Below are positions 27,901-37,470 of a stretch of DNA of 64,000 bases, piece by piece (the first letter of the stretch is position 1; every line of letters begins with the position of its first letter). This stretch comes from Octopus vulgaris (taxonomy: Eukaryota): the NCBI GenBank assembly GCA_951406725.2, contig OX597814.1:83886001-83950000 (forward strand). Direction: 5' to 3'. The position numbers and the translations under genes were made by a program. A model generated the notes under the pieces. It was not told the origin of the DNA, did no database searches, and saw nothing but the letters and a program-made list of their open reading frames with translations.

Positions 27901-30900
27901 TGGATTTGGTTACAGAAACTGAAAGAAGTCCATTGTGTATGTTTATCTATTTGTATCTGTTTGTCCCCACCACTGCTTGACAACTGGTGTTGGTGTGTTT
28001 ACATACCCGTAACTTAGCAGTTCAGCAAAAGAGACTGATAGAATAAGTACCAAACTAAGGAAAAAGTACTGGGGGTCAATTCATTTGGTTAAAATTTCCC
28101 AAGGTTGTACCTCAGCATGGCAGCAGTCTAATGACTGAAACAAGTAAAAATTAAGATATGTATTTATGTATGTATATATATTCGCATCTACTGTGTTGGC
28201 AAGTTTCCACACAGTTTTATCTACCAAATTTCATCAACAAGATATTGGTCAACCCAAGGCCTCAGTAGAAGACACTTGTATAACGTACAGTGGGATAGAA
28301 CCTGAAACCACATGGTTGTGAAGTGAAATTCTTAACCCCAAAGCCATACCTGTGTTTATTATTAATAATACCTGCTAAAGAAATATTCATCAAGAATAAG
28401 TACTATGCTTACAAAGAATAAGTCCTGGGGTCGATTTGCTCGAGTAAAGGCGGTGCTCCAGCATGGTCGCAGTCAAATGACTGAAACAAGTAAAAGAGTA
28501 AAAAAGAGTAAAAGAGTAAGTCTTTGTCAATCCTCAGCTTAAGTGTTTTGTAATCATATTTCTAATGGAATGTACCATGTACATATTTCAATGATCTAAG
28601 TGAAATACAAACATTTTAAACAATCAGTTTTGTAACTAAACAGTAGAGGCACTCTGAGTCAGATTAGTTTCAAAAGAACTAAAATAATGAGTCATGCTTT
28701 GACATCAATTTTGTGTGATGTTCATTACATCAAATATGTTAACTCTAACTTAATTTTTTTTCCATGCAGACGGCATCACTGAGTAATTAATCACAGTGAT
28801 ATTTTTAATGTTCTTTTATATTGTTGACTATTGTTGTTGAAATTTTGGTTCAGCTTATGTGACATGTAAAGCACTTTGTCTTTGGGTGTATGTGTGTATA
28901 TGTATGCACATATATACACACACATACAAGTGAAGTGCTGTTAGTTTCTGGTTGTCTCAACCTCTGTTGTGCCACTGGTTTTATAGGTGATTGCATTGGA
29001 AAGTAGGTTCAATGTTGTTCCACACTTTATCCACTCAAAGTGAATTCATACTGAGGAACTCTTGGACTTTCAGAACTTTTGCATGGCCTTAATGTGCTTA
29101 AGAAGGGGTCTTACTTGATCATGAATCAACTTCTGTCGCTTTGGAGTAAAGATTACTTGCCAGCATAACATGGCAGTCCTGGTTTAGGACGAATGTTGCT
29201 GTAATTTAGCCAAGGGAAGCTAGCACCCCCACTCAGCTCAAACACTGTGTATCGCGATTTCTGGGTTATTTCCCTTCATCAGTGCAGAATAATTGTTCGG
29301 CTAGAAGTTTATTCTTTATTCTAGGCACAAGGCCCAAACACAGAAGGGACATACATAGACATGCAGGGACAAACAACAAGTGAAAATGAATAAGTGAATA
29401 TAGTACAATGATATGAGATGGCTATCTCAGCCCCACTCCGAGACGAAACCGTGACTGTCTTTTTCCTTTCAAACTTATTTTCAATGTAATCGTTCTTTTT
29501 CGTAAACAAACTCATATCCAATTAAAGTTTATACCATATAAATCCAGTAATTTATCATAGTCTTTTACGTCCAGTACTTCATTTGTGTCGAATACCATTT
29601 TTCTGTATTCCGCGCATTCTTTACAGTCTCTTATTTTCATTCTGTGTTCTGGCACCAGTGTGCCTAAAACCATTTTTTCTATTTTCATTCCCTTTATGTC
29701 TATCACTTTTACATCTTTCCATTGTACTAATTTATATCCACCACATCTTTTTTTATACTTTTCAATAAAGCACAAACAAAACAAGTGGGAAGGTCGTTTT
29801 GCAGTTTTTTTGTATGACTGTTGTTCTTTTCTTTTTTGTGTTGGAGGGGAATGGATGGGTTTGGTGTCTGCAGGGGGAGAGTAGAGTTGAGAGGGTATTG
29901 GTGGAGTGAGTTTGAGTTGGGGTTCACTTAAGCTGTCCTTTTTCCTCTTCCTCTGTTTTCTTCCCGTATCCTTCCATCCATTCTGTGCTGATGAAGGGAA
30001 ATAACCAGGAAATTGCGATACACAGATATTGTTTTGTGCTGAGTTGGGGTGCTAAATTCCCTTGTTTGAAAATATAAGGACACAGATCATATCATATAGC
30101 CAGCTGAAGATGATGTCTTTTGGGGCTAAATTATAGCAGCATTTGTCCTAAACTGGGACTGCCATGTTATATTGGCAAACAATCTTTACTCCAAAGTACT
30201 GTTGCTGAATGTCTCTCATTGTGAGATTTACAAATAGTAATTTTCTATCACTTTGTGCATACATATTCACATGGGTAGTGGATGCAATATGGCAGAAATG
30301 TTAAGCATGTTTCTTAATCCTAAGATTCCAGTTTCAATCTCACTGCATGGCATGTTGGGTAAGTCCTGTGGGCGAAACTGTGTTGACAAAACTTGAAGAA
30401 GGTCATCAAATGGACTTTACTTGTAATTCAAAGGTTTAGTCTTTTGTGCATTTTGTCAGACTGATTCTGTCTGAGAATTATTGTTAAGAACACACATGTT
30501 TATATTATACTCATCTCCTTACATGCTAATTTAATGAGCTGGTAGTTCAATTGACCAACTGAATAATCATTGTTGAAGTTGATGGAGGCTCATTAATTTT
30601 TTTATTGGATACAGGTGTGTCTGTTTGATTTTGATAGTTTATTATTCTTAACTTTAATGACTTGGTTGACCCTGCCAGAATATCATTTCCTATCACCATT
30701 AGTTTTGGAATTTCTAAACATTATAATTTCTCGATTTCTGATAAAGCAGCAGATAGAAAAAAGATGTGAGATAGTTATTAAAGATTGGTACTGCCAAATA
30801 TTTTTATTTTGTTATAGCTTCTTATTATGAAACAAGTCTTTTACATTGGTAGTTGAATCACTGTGTAGTATGTAACTTTTAACATCTCTTTGTTGTTTGT

Positions 30901-32823
30901 TATTTTAGCCCAAGGTCAACTCTGATGGCACAGAGTTTTGATCAAAAGTTTTCTAACTTTGACCCATCTTTTGTATACCAGAGACTACATTATCCAATTT
31001 AAGTGAGACTTCAATGCTGTTTCTCTGGCTGGAGATTATCTAGCATATGTTGCTCTCAGACTATTTACCATGATACCTCTAATCTCTCCTTGTTGCATTT
31101 CAGGTTGGTGGCATCAAAGAGAAAGTCTTGGCTGCCCATCGAGCAGGAATACGACGGATAATTATGCCTAAGAAAAATGAGAAAGACTTACATGAGATCC
31201 CAGTAAATGTAAAAGTAAGTTGTGAGCAGGGGCTCACTATCTGTTATATTATGTCTCTTGTTTAAGTGTCCATTCATCATCATCATCATCATCATCCTTT
31301 AATGTCTGTTTTCCATGCCAGCATAAGTTGGATGGTTTAACCAGAGCTGGAAAGCAGGTGAGCTGCACCAGTTTCTGATTTGGCCTCATTTCTACAGCTT
31401 ATTTCCCATTGCTAATGCCAACCACTTTACAGTGTATGCTGGGTGCTTTTAATGTGGCAACAGTACAAAGTAAGAGCACAAGTGCTCTTACATGGTGCAT
31501 GGTGCTGACATGAGTGCTTTTTATGTGGCAGCAGTGCAGGGCTCTTGCAGGTTAATCCTCTTCATGAGGGGGAGTGGAATTAACACTTCTGTTGTGGAAG
31601 AGAGGTCTTCTTGAGTACAGCAAGGTGCCAGATATCTCAGTCCTTTGTCATCCTTTCTTTCCTATCCTTAGCTTCACTTATTAAGCCACTCTTTTCTTAT
31701 TCTATTCCTACTGTCTACATCTATTTCACAATAAACCCTGCTTTCTTTCCTAACTTGTAGCAACAAAAACCATGTTCTCTCTAACAACTCTCATCACTCA
31801 TATTGTGCCTTTCATGCTCCTCTCTTCTTTTTGACCCACCACTAACCACTATCTGTGAGCCTTTCTTCCCAAACGGAATGGCAACCCTCAGTAATATCTT
31901 CTCCCACTCATATTTTTCTTGAAGTTATTGACTTACAAAGCTGAGGACTATCAACCACATCAAACATCACCAGATTGTGAGTGCCTGCAAGTGTCGTAGC
32001 CTCTATATTTTCTCCCAGTCTAAAAATATCATGCTCCTTTACCTGTTCATCCCATGTGATCACTTTCATTAAACATTAAGAATATCACCACCACCATAAT
32101 CTATTTGGTGTCACATAAAAGTGCCAGTGCCATGTAAAAGCACCCAGTACACTCTGTAAAGTGGTTGGCATTAGGAAGGGCATCCAGTCCTAGAGACTAT
32201 GTCAAAACAGACAAATGGAGCCCAGGCAGCCCTTGAGCTGGTCAACTCATGTCCAGCTATCCAATTTATGCCAGCATGGAGGACAGACATTAAAAGATGA
32301 TGATACTGTACATGCATATCATCTCAATATACAAAGTACTCAACTATTTTATGTTAGCAATATCATCATAAGTTTGATACACTATAAAGAAAGTCCCACT
32401 GATTGATAGGCTAGTAATGGTCAGCAATTAGCATGAATTTGATTGGAAATGAACATAGAAAAGGTGTATGTTTGTGTATTAAGAGATGTAATAAAGATTA
32501 GCACTTCAGGAATATTCCTTTTGTCCTACTCTAAAACCATCATCATCACTGCAGGACACCCCTCCACTACTACAGTTACTATTCAGCTGCAACACAGTTA
32601 CCACCACCAACAACAACAGCAACAAAACCATACTAATGCCATCAACACCATTAATAGTATTGTATCTACTACCACAACTTCTACATTTTCATTCATTTCT
32701 TATTTTCAGAACCAGCTGTCCTTCATCCTTGCTCAGAATGTCACAGATGTTCTCAATGCTGCTTTTGATGATGACTTTCCAAAACTGACCATTCCATTCT
32801 TACAAGTTCAAAGTAAACTTTAA
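2176..32823 (+). CDS. LONP2: Peroxisomal Lon protease homolog 2, 5'-partial multi-exon gene (16 coding exons in window, first exon upstream)
   Basis: Exons 2176-2266, 3147-3345, 5146-5261, 6118-6270, 6669-6838, 8575-8673, 11754-11828, 13508-13693, 15230-15377, 16298-16377, 18426-18658, 19539-19849, 21774-21986, 26609-26806, 31104-31214, 32710-32823 all have GT-AG ends with compatible phases. Total 2497 nt gives one open frame. Lon N-domain, AAA+ ([13 protein letters not shown]), Ser-Lys protease (DGPSAG, GGIKEK) and terminal SKL (PTS1) point to LONP2 rather than mitochondrial LONP1. Confidence 0.97.
3147..3345 (+). CDS. LONP2: LONP2 coding exon ([38 protein letters not shown]...)
   Basis: tttag|GAT acceptor, TTAG|gtaag donor; NWPKP.YTLL.TGLCR motif typical of LONP2. 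Confidence 0.95.
4001..4389 (+). mobile_element. tRNA-derived SINE, family A
   Basis: gtagctgtgtggtaagaagc...ggttcagtcccactg (A/B-box-like head), internal (TG)n, tail aaatgactgaaacaa; many similar copies in window. Confidence 0.8.
5146..5261 (+). CDS. LONP2: LONP2 coding exon ([38 protein letters not shown])
   Basis: tgcag|AT acceptor (phase 1), AAA|gtaagt donor; not in ORF track. Confidence 0.92.
6118..6270 (+). CDS. LONP2: LONP2 coding exon ([51 protein letters not shown])
   Basis: ttccag|AAA acceptor, GAG|gtaatg donor; not in ORF track. Confidence 0.94.
6669..6838 (+). CDS. LONP2: LONP2 coding exon ([12 protein letters not shown]...[10 protein letters not shown])
   Basis: cccag|GCT acceptor, AA|gtaatg donor (phase 2). 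Confidence 0.9.
8575..8673 (+). CDS. LONP2: LONP2 coding exon ([33 protein letters not shown])
   Basis: tttag|A acceptor, AG|gtaagt donor. Confidence 0.93.
9205..9720 (-). mobile_element. RTE LINE 3' fragment
   Basis: Minus-strand translation [26 protein letters not shown] is an RTE C-terminal motif; ends in (GAT)n-like tail. Confidence 0.75.
10790..11260 (+). mobile_element. Dong/R4-like (RLE non-LTR) reverse transcriptase fragment
   Basis: [23 protein letters not shown]...KTVLVQKD, then disrupted YRPITCL and LPEEQK*CRK; preceded by (TAA/GAT)n. Confidence 0.7.
11754..11828 (+). CDS. LONP2: LONP2 coding exon ([25 protein letters not shown])
   Basis: ttcag|G acceptor, AG|gtgatg donor; [12 protein letters not shown] Lon motif. 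Confidence 0.95.
   Translation, partial: ELSGTYGGTSLVKKQQGHIGHCPS
12130..12877 (+). mobile_element. Internally deleted piggyBac element inserted into a SINE
   Basis: TTAA at 12126-12129 and 12878-12881. Ends CCCTCTGGTGGTG / CACCACGGAAGG and subterminal GTGCAGTGGG/CCCACTGCAC. Encodes decayed [18 protein letters not shown] and the Cys-rich C-terminal domain [27 protein letters not shown]. Confidence 0.85.
13508..13693 (+). CDS. LONP2: LONP2 coding exon with Walker A ([25 protein letters not shown]...GPPGVGKTS)
   Basis: tgtag|A acceptor, CG|gtgaga donor; not in ORF track. Confidence 0.96.
15230..15377 (+). CDS. LONP2: LONP2 coding exon with pore loop and Walker B ([25 protein letters not shown]...FDEIDKM)
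   Basis: ttcag|A acceptor, ATG|gtaaat donor. Confidence 0.96.
16298..16377 (+). CDS. LONP2: LONP2 coding exon ([26 protein letters not shown])
   Basis: tttag|AAT acceptor; ends at U12-type donor CA|GTATCCTTTT. Confidence 0.95.
16378..18425 (+). other. U12-type (minor spliceosome) GT-AG intron of LONP2
   Basis: 5' splice site GTATCCTTTT matches U12 consensus RTATCCTTT. Branch site TTCCTTAAC at 18406-18414 lies just upstream of CAG at 18423-18425. Splicing restores FTDH-YLNV. Confidence 0.92.
17813..18265 (+). mobile_element. tRNA-derived SINE, family A, with internal (TA)n/(CA)n/(TG)n
   Basis: ggcacaggcgtggctgtgtggtaagaagcttgcttccc head; ggcggtgctccagcatggc near tail. Confidence 0.8.
18426..18658 (+). 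CDS. LONP2: LONP2 coding exon ([19 protein letters not shown]...LIDRMEII...KLI)
   Basis: cccag|C acceptor, A|gtatgg donor; sensor-1 TAN and Arg-finger DRME. Confidence 0.95.
18941..19152 (+). mobile_element. tRNA-derived SINE, family B
   Basis: ggtgagctggcagaa...gagttcaaattcc...tttgcctttcatcctttt...aagtaccagttg; similar to 19982, 50643 and 63853 copies. Confidence 0.8.
19539..19849 (+). CDS. LONP2: LONP2 coding exon ([14 protein letters not shown]...acidic insert...EDILG)
   Basis: tctag|TT acceptor, GGA|gtaaga donor; YTREAGVR sensor-2 motif. Confidence 0.94.
19982..20192 (+). mobile_element. tRNA-derived SINE, family B
   Basis: Same head and gtcgactttgcctttcatcctttc core as other copies. 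Confidence 0.8.
21774..21986 (+). CDS. LONP2: LONP2 coding exon, protease domain start ([24 protein letters not shown]...[12 protein letters not shown]...AKK)
   Basis: tgtag|CCA acceptor, AAG|gtaatc donor. Confidence 0.96.
23614..24045. repeat. Compound (TA)n(CA)m microsatellite
   Basis: Alternating TA and CA runs; source of the spurious YI/HT/CV ORFs. Confidence 0.95.
24054..24413. repeat. Diverged long inverted repeat (arms about 24054-24191 and 24271-24413)
   Basis: taacacaaggatggaggatatcag vs revcomp of ttgatatccttcatccttgtgtta; tcattctttacaattactatatagttgaata vs revcomp of tattcagctatatagtaattataaagaatga. Confidence 0.85.
24688..24870. repeat. Perfect 73-bp inverted repeat with 37-nt A/T spacer, between (TA)n tracts
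   Basis: 24688-24760 is the exact reverse complement of 24798-24870. Confidence 0.9.
25100..26379 (-). mobile_element. Full-length but pseudogenised mariner transposon (about 1.28 kb)
   Basis: About 30-bp TIRs gggtcatcccataaataatgtg / cacattatttatgggatgaccc within (TA)n. Minus-strand motifs RWFPHKL (WVPHEL), HQDNAQPH and [16 protein letters not shown] (YSPDLAPSD), broken by frameshifts and stops. Confidence 0.92.
26609..26806 (+). CDS. LONP2: LONP2 coding exon with catalytic Ser ([17 protein letters not shown]...[14 protein letters not shown])
   Basis: tgtag|CTT acceptor, CCG|gtgaga donor; Ser codon TCT at 26696-26698. Confidence 0.96.
27775..28150 (+). mobile_element. tRNA-derived SINE, family A
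   Basis: ggtgcaggaatggctgtgtgataag head; aatgactgaaacaagtaaaa tail. Confidence 0.75.
28199..28332 (-). mobile_element. SINE family A, inverted copy
   Basis: agtagaagacacttg...cagtgggatagaacctgaaaccacatggttg is the reverse complement of the family A head. Confidence 0.7.
29245..29288 (-). ncRNA. Minimal hammerhead ribozyme-like motif (stem I damaged)
   Basis: Minus strand UCUGCA-CUGAUGA-AGGG-AAAUAA-CCCA-GAAA-UCGCGA-UA-CACAG. Confidence 0.55.
29982..30026 (+). ncRNA. Minimal type I hammerhead ribozyme-like motif
   Basis: UCUGUG-CUGAUGA-AGGGAAAUAACCAG-GAAA-UUGCGA-UA-CACAGA: 6-bp stem I, intact core, self-complementary stem III, imperfect stem II. Confidence 0.65.
31104..31214 (+). CDS. LONP2: LONP2 coding exon with catalytic Lys ([37 protein letters not shown])
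   Basis: ttcag|GTT acceptor, AAA|gtaagt donor; not in ORF track. Confidence 0.96.
32710..32823 (+). CDS. LONP2: LONP2 last coding exon ending in PTS1 ([23 protein letters not shown]...QSKL*)
   Basis: ttcag|AAC acceptor; AGT AAA CTT TAA. Confidence 0.95.
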   Translation, partial: NQLSFILAQNVTDVLNAAFDDDFPKLTIPFLQVQSKL

Positions 32824-33535
32824 AAAAATTCTGGACAACACAATTTGTAAAAAAAGAAAAAAAAACTAACCAAATTTTAATATTATTGGTATATTGGTAT
32901 TAACACTAACAATAGTGAACTGAGCTGGAAAGATGTATGCTATTTAGCTTGGTACCATACTGTTCTGAGTTCAAATTTTATTAAGGTAGTCTTTACCTTT
33001 CATCTTCTCAGGCCAAATGAATTAAATACTGGTATTTATTACACAGAAGTTGATTCAAACAAATAAACTGCTCCCCTTCAAATGTGTCATCTTGGACCTA
33101 TATAGCATATTATTATCACTATTTTGAATAGTGGTAAGTGAGGGAGAGTGTAGGGATCCAAACAAAATACCTCACAGCATTTAATTATATTTCTTTAAAG
33201 TCAATCTGAACCCCTCTGTGTTTACCTTTCATTCTTCCATGGTCGATAAAGTAAGCACCAGTCAAGTGCTGGGTCTATTTGATCAACTACACCCCCTCCC
33301 TACAAATTTATGGCCTTGAGCCAATGTTTGTTATTTTGCTGATAATACATTTTTGTGGTTATTTGATATACATCAGTCTTGTTTTAATCTCTCTAACTGT
33401 TTCATAGCTGTTTTCTTATGCTTGCATGAGTTTTGATGGGATTTTCTATTTATTTATTGTTACATGCATTGAAAGTAGATGAAATGGGAAATAGCAGTGG
33501 CGAAATAAAGATAAAAATTTTGCAGGTTGGAGGTG

Positions 33536-34150
33536 TAGGGGCTGGTATGGCTGTCTGGTTGATACTTCTCAACCATGTGATCTTGAGTTCAGTCCCACTA
33601 TGCAGCACCTTAAGCAAGTATCTTCTACTATAGGCCCAGGCCAACCAAAGCCTGGTGAGTGAATTTGGTAGATAGAAACTGAAGCCTGTTGTGTGTGTGT
33701 GTGTGTGTGTATGCATGCATGCATATGTGTATGTGTGTGTGTATATGTCTGTTTATGTATAAGTACCTCTATGTATATGTGTGTGCATACATATGTGTGT
33801 ATCTATGTATATGTGTGTGCATACATGTGTGTATGTATGTATATGTGTGTGCATACATGTGTGTATGTATGTATATGTGTGTGCATACATGTGTGTATGT
33901 ATGTATATGTGTGTGCATACATGTGTGTATATGTGCATATGTGCCACTGTATGTATATGTATTATGTATGTTTTTGTCTGTGTGTGTACTCTTGTCTTGA
34001 CATCATGTGGTAGATGTACATTTCCAGTCTTCCATGAAACACTTGTCTGGCCATGGAGGAGGATTGGTGATAAGAAGGGTATTCTGCTGTAGAAAATCTG
34101 CAACAAATTCCATTTGACTCATGTAAGCATAGACAGGTGGATGCTAACTG
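33536..34150 (+). mobile_element. SINE family A head plus (TG/TA)-derived minisatellite and LINE-like tail
   Basis: SINE head ...gagttcagtcccacta...; repeated gtatatgtgtgtgcatacatgtgtgtat units; (GAT)n tail. Confidence 0.6.
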
Positions 34151-34686
34151 ATGATGATGAAGGTGATGGATACATAGAGGAGCAAAGTGGAGAGATGCTG
34201 CAAGTTGAGTCTTTACAAAGTTCTTAGGTTCTTTGTAGAAGGTAATAACATAGGGGCTGGTGTTGCAGATATAATTTGTTGAAAAATAAATAGAATAACC
34301 GAATTACTAATAAATGATAAAAATAATAATGATTAAAATATTGATGGGTAATATGGTGGCCATCATCATCATCATCAAACATTTTGTGTCTGGTTTTCCT
34401 TGCTGGCATGGGTTGGAGGAGATTTTTTTGAGTTAGTGTTCTATAATCAGATGCCCTTAATGCCAATTCTTTTAGTAGCTGCCTGTAACATGTAGAAATA
34501 TGGTGTAGATATTCTAAAAACTGGGATATGGATATAAAAGCTAGGATACACTCAGACACCTCACAAAATAGAATTTACATCCAAGCAGAAAGACCAGTTT
34601 TGTAAAGGCCTAGAAAGAGCACTGAAAATCTGTCGAGATATCATAATCATTATTGTAGAAAGTGACTTTAATTAGCAAGCTATTAA

Positions 34687-34899
34687 CCCTTTCATATTCA
34701 GATTATCCTGTCAAATGTAATGTTTTGTTTATTTATATTGTTTTGAATTAATCATGTATTATCATGTAGATTAGAGATTTTGATGATGTGATTGCTTAGT
34801 TTTAGAATGACATTGAGGTGATAGGCCAGATCTGACCAGTTCCAACATGAAATAGGTTAAATATTTGTGCCAGATATGGCTAGTTTGAATGCTAAAGAG
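34687..34899. mobile_element. TTAA-flanked (piggyBac-type) MITE
   Basis: TTAA at 34683-34686 and 34900-34903; ends CCCTTTCATATTCAGA and TTTGAATGCTAAAGAG are imperfect inverted repeats. Confidence 0.65.
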
Positions 34900-35459
34900 T
34901 TAAAACATTCTGATAGTTAAGCATGTTATCCCACACTTTATGATAGATACACTGGTGTGCATCACAACTCTGGTCATGGTACAAAGAATGGATGGACAAG
35001 CAGAGATGGTAAAGTCATACCTAAACTTTTGAAATTAGTTGTTATTAATGCTTTTTGAACCATTAATCTTTTTTTATCTTTTGATTATTAAAACACTGAC
35101 AAGACTTCTCTTCACTCTCATCTTGCTTGGAACAAGAAGAAGATATGATCTTTAATGCTTTTTTTACCACAGATCTATTGAAATGCAATTTCATTGTCTA
35201 AATTAATTTTGAAAAATGATTGAGGGGTCAAGCTCTGGTACTATGGATATGTGATAAGAATGTCACATGAAAGAATTGCCAGACAGGCTCTAAGCCAAAA
35301 CAACTGGCAGGAGATCTAGGGGTAGACCAATAATGAGATATTTGGATAATAGCCATAGCCTCAGTTGGTTACACTTGGGAATACAACAGGAAAGTGTAAT
35401 GATGGTTGCTTCTGATAATATCCTATGGAGGAAGTACTAGAGGACCCTACCCCAACAAT

Positions 35460-36102
35460 CCTGGGTATCTTGGTGGATTCTTCCTTTTCGCCTTCGGCCC
35501 AGTGCGTCCATGCTGCCAACAAAGCACGTGGTGTTCTGTTTTTGATTCGACGGTCATTCGGAATGCTCACAGCAGCCATATTCCTACCGCTCTATGTCAC
35601 GCTGGTGAGACCCATATTGGAGTACGGGATTCAAGCCTCTTCTCCTTATCTCCTCAAAGACATACATCATCTCGAAAGAGTCCAGAAGCTGGCTACCCGC
35701 ATGGTTCTTGGTCTCAAGCATTTGCCTTATGAAGAAAGGCTGAAGACGCTCGACCTTTATTCTCTAGAAAAACGACGATGCCGTGGTGATCTCATTCTTG
35801 CTCACAACATCATAAGCGGAAAGTGTAACCTCTCGAAAGAGCTGTTCTTCACTCCTGCTCCAGAGCGTCGGCTGCGGGATCACTCCGAAAAGCTCTCAAT
35901 TGAAGGAGAGGGGCTTTCTCCGTCCGGGTTGTGGATCCGTGGAATAAGCTGCCGGACGAGATAGTGAAGATGTTGACGACCGCTCGGTTCAAAGTCTCCC
36001 TTGACCACAAATGGGCTGAACTCTTTGCATGAACACCACCCTGTACATAACTCCATGTCCCCCTACATGGCCTTGCTTTTTGAACCAAAAAATTAACTTA
36101 AC
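35460..36102 (+). mobile_element. 5'-truncated CR1-type LINE (RT C-terminus and 3' UTR)
   Basis: LGILVDSSFS...LYVTLVRPILEYG...LERVQKLATRMV.GLKHLPYEERLKTLDLYSLEKRR.RGDLI; ends in (TTAAC)-like repeat. Confidence 0.88.
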
Positions 36103-37139
36103 CCTCCCAGGAATAGTAGGCAGAGAAAATGGATGGATTATTAAGCAAGTGTTTAGAACAGGCAATCTGTAGCTCACTGGACTTTCTGAATGGCATGCCT
36201 AACAAAAAAATTATCTTGAATTTTTTAGTAGTGCAGCCTACCTGATGATGGGCTATATCTCATGTGGCCTGCTTATCAGAAAAGGTTGCCCATACATTTA
36301 TGATGGAAGGTTTTAATGTAGATCAATTTAAAACAAAAAGTTCATATCATAGAACCATGGCCAGTCTCAGGCCATGGTATCAAATGGGTTCAATAGGTTA
36401 TTCTCCACTCATTGTCAGTTGTTTTATTTATCATATTTACACAGTTGTTGTTTAGTTCTAGCTTAACTCTGATTGAGCAGAATTATGATCAATGGCCCTG
36501 TCCCTGAATCTTTGATCAAGCCATCTTTTTTTAAAGGCATAGTGATCTATGACTACATTGTCCAGTGCATCCTTCCTTTTTGAAGATGGTGTGAGAACTT
36601 GTATTTACTGATAATAGGCTGGAAAGAATAAATGAGAAAGAGACTACATCTACAACTGTGAGATGTGAATAAATTAAAGATACGAAGATTGAAAGTTGGA
36701 GATCTTAAAAGGAGTGGTATCAAATGTATTGAAGATTAATTTTAGGAGTAGCATAGCTATGACTGCTGTTGTTTAGCTCTAGATGATGAAATCCAATGAT
36801 GAAATGTATTCAAGCTGTCACCATCCTGTCTTTTTGTATATTCTGAACTATATTATTCAGTGTTTAATTCTTTATTGAAGACAGTAAGGTTTCTCGCAGG
36901 ATGTGTAACTGCATTTGTTGGTTTGAGTGATAGTTCACACACAAAATTTCAATGTAGAGCTTTTGGCATATGGCATTCAGTACATTACCCACTAACTTAT
37001 TTATCAGATTTCATGCCATTGACCTATTTGAGTTATTTCCCATAGCTCATTTCCTATCTTTAGTTCAGACGATGCACATGTTCACTCTATTATGCACGTA
37101 ACACAGACCTCCACCATACCACTCCAACAAATTGAGAGG

Positions 37140-37470
37140 AAGCACAACATGAATATGAGAGAAAGCAAATTCAGGTGTTGTTATTTCAAACATCACCTAT
37201 TTCAGATACATCAGTAAGAGAACTGCAACCACGCTGGCCAATTGCATAAGAAGCTAAAAGAACGACTTTGATATTAAATGAAAAATTCTAAAACAAAGCA
37301 GACTACACACTCACATGACTAAAATGTGAACAGTGGGAAAAGCATGCATTTTGAAAAACCTGAGAAATTACAAATTACAAAAATGCCAGAGCAGAATTTT
37401 CTTCAGATGTCCTCACTTTGACAAATACATTCTCAGCCAGTGGAAAATTCTATTCGTACTAGACTAAAGT
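37140..37470 (+). mobile_element. Possible degraded Penelope (GIY-YIG C-terminal) relic
   Basis: Broken translation KRTATTLANCI...FDIK*KILKQ resembles the PLE endonuclease tail. Confidence 0.35.

Larger units (their letters stand above)
29139..30196. mobile_element. About 1.06-kb element with long inverted terminal arms, each carrying a hammerhead-like motif (probable Penelope-like derivative)
   Basis: 29139-29290 is the diverged reverse complement of 29981-30196 (the right arm has an extra insertion of about 55 bp). Confidence 0.7.

Noticed and set aside
29415-29460. Stem TCTC...GAGA followed by CGAAACCG
   Set aside because: No acceptable CUGANGA-type core or stem I closure.
32824-33400. 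LONP2 polyadenylation signal
   Set aside because: The AATAAA near 33062 lies in a SINE relic, and the sequence is too AT-rich to assign a site without transcript data.
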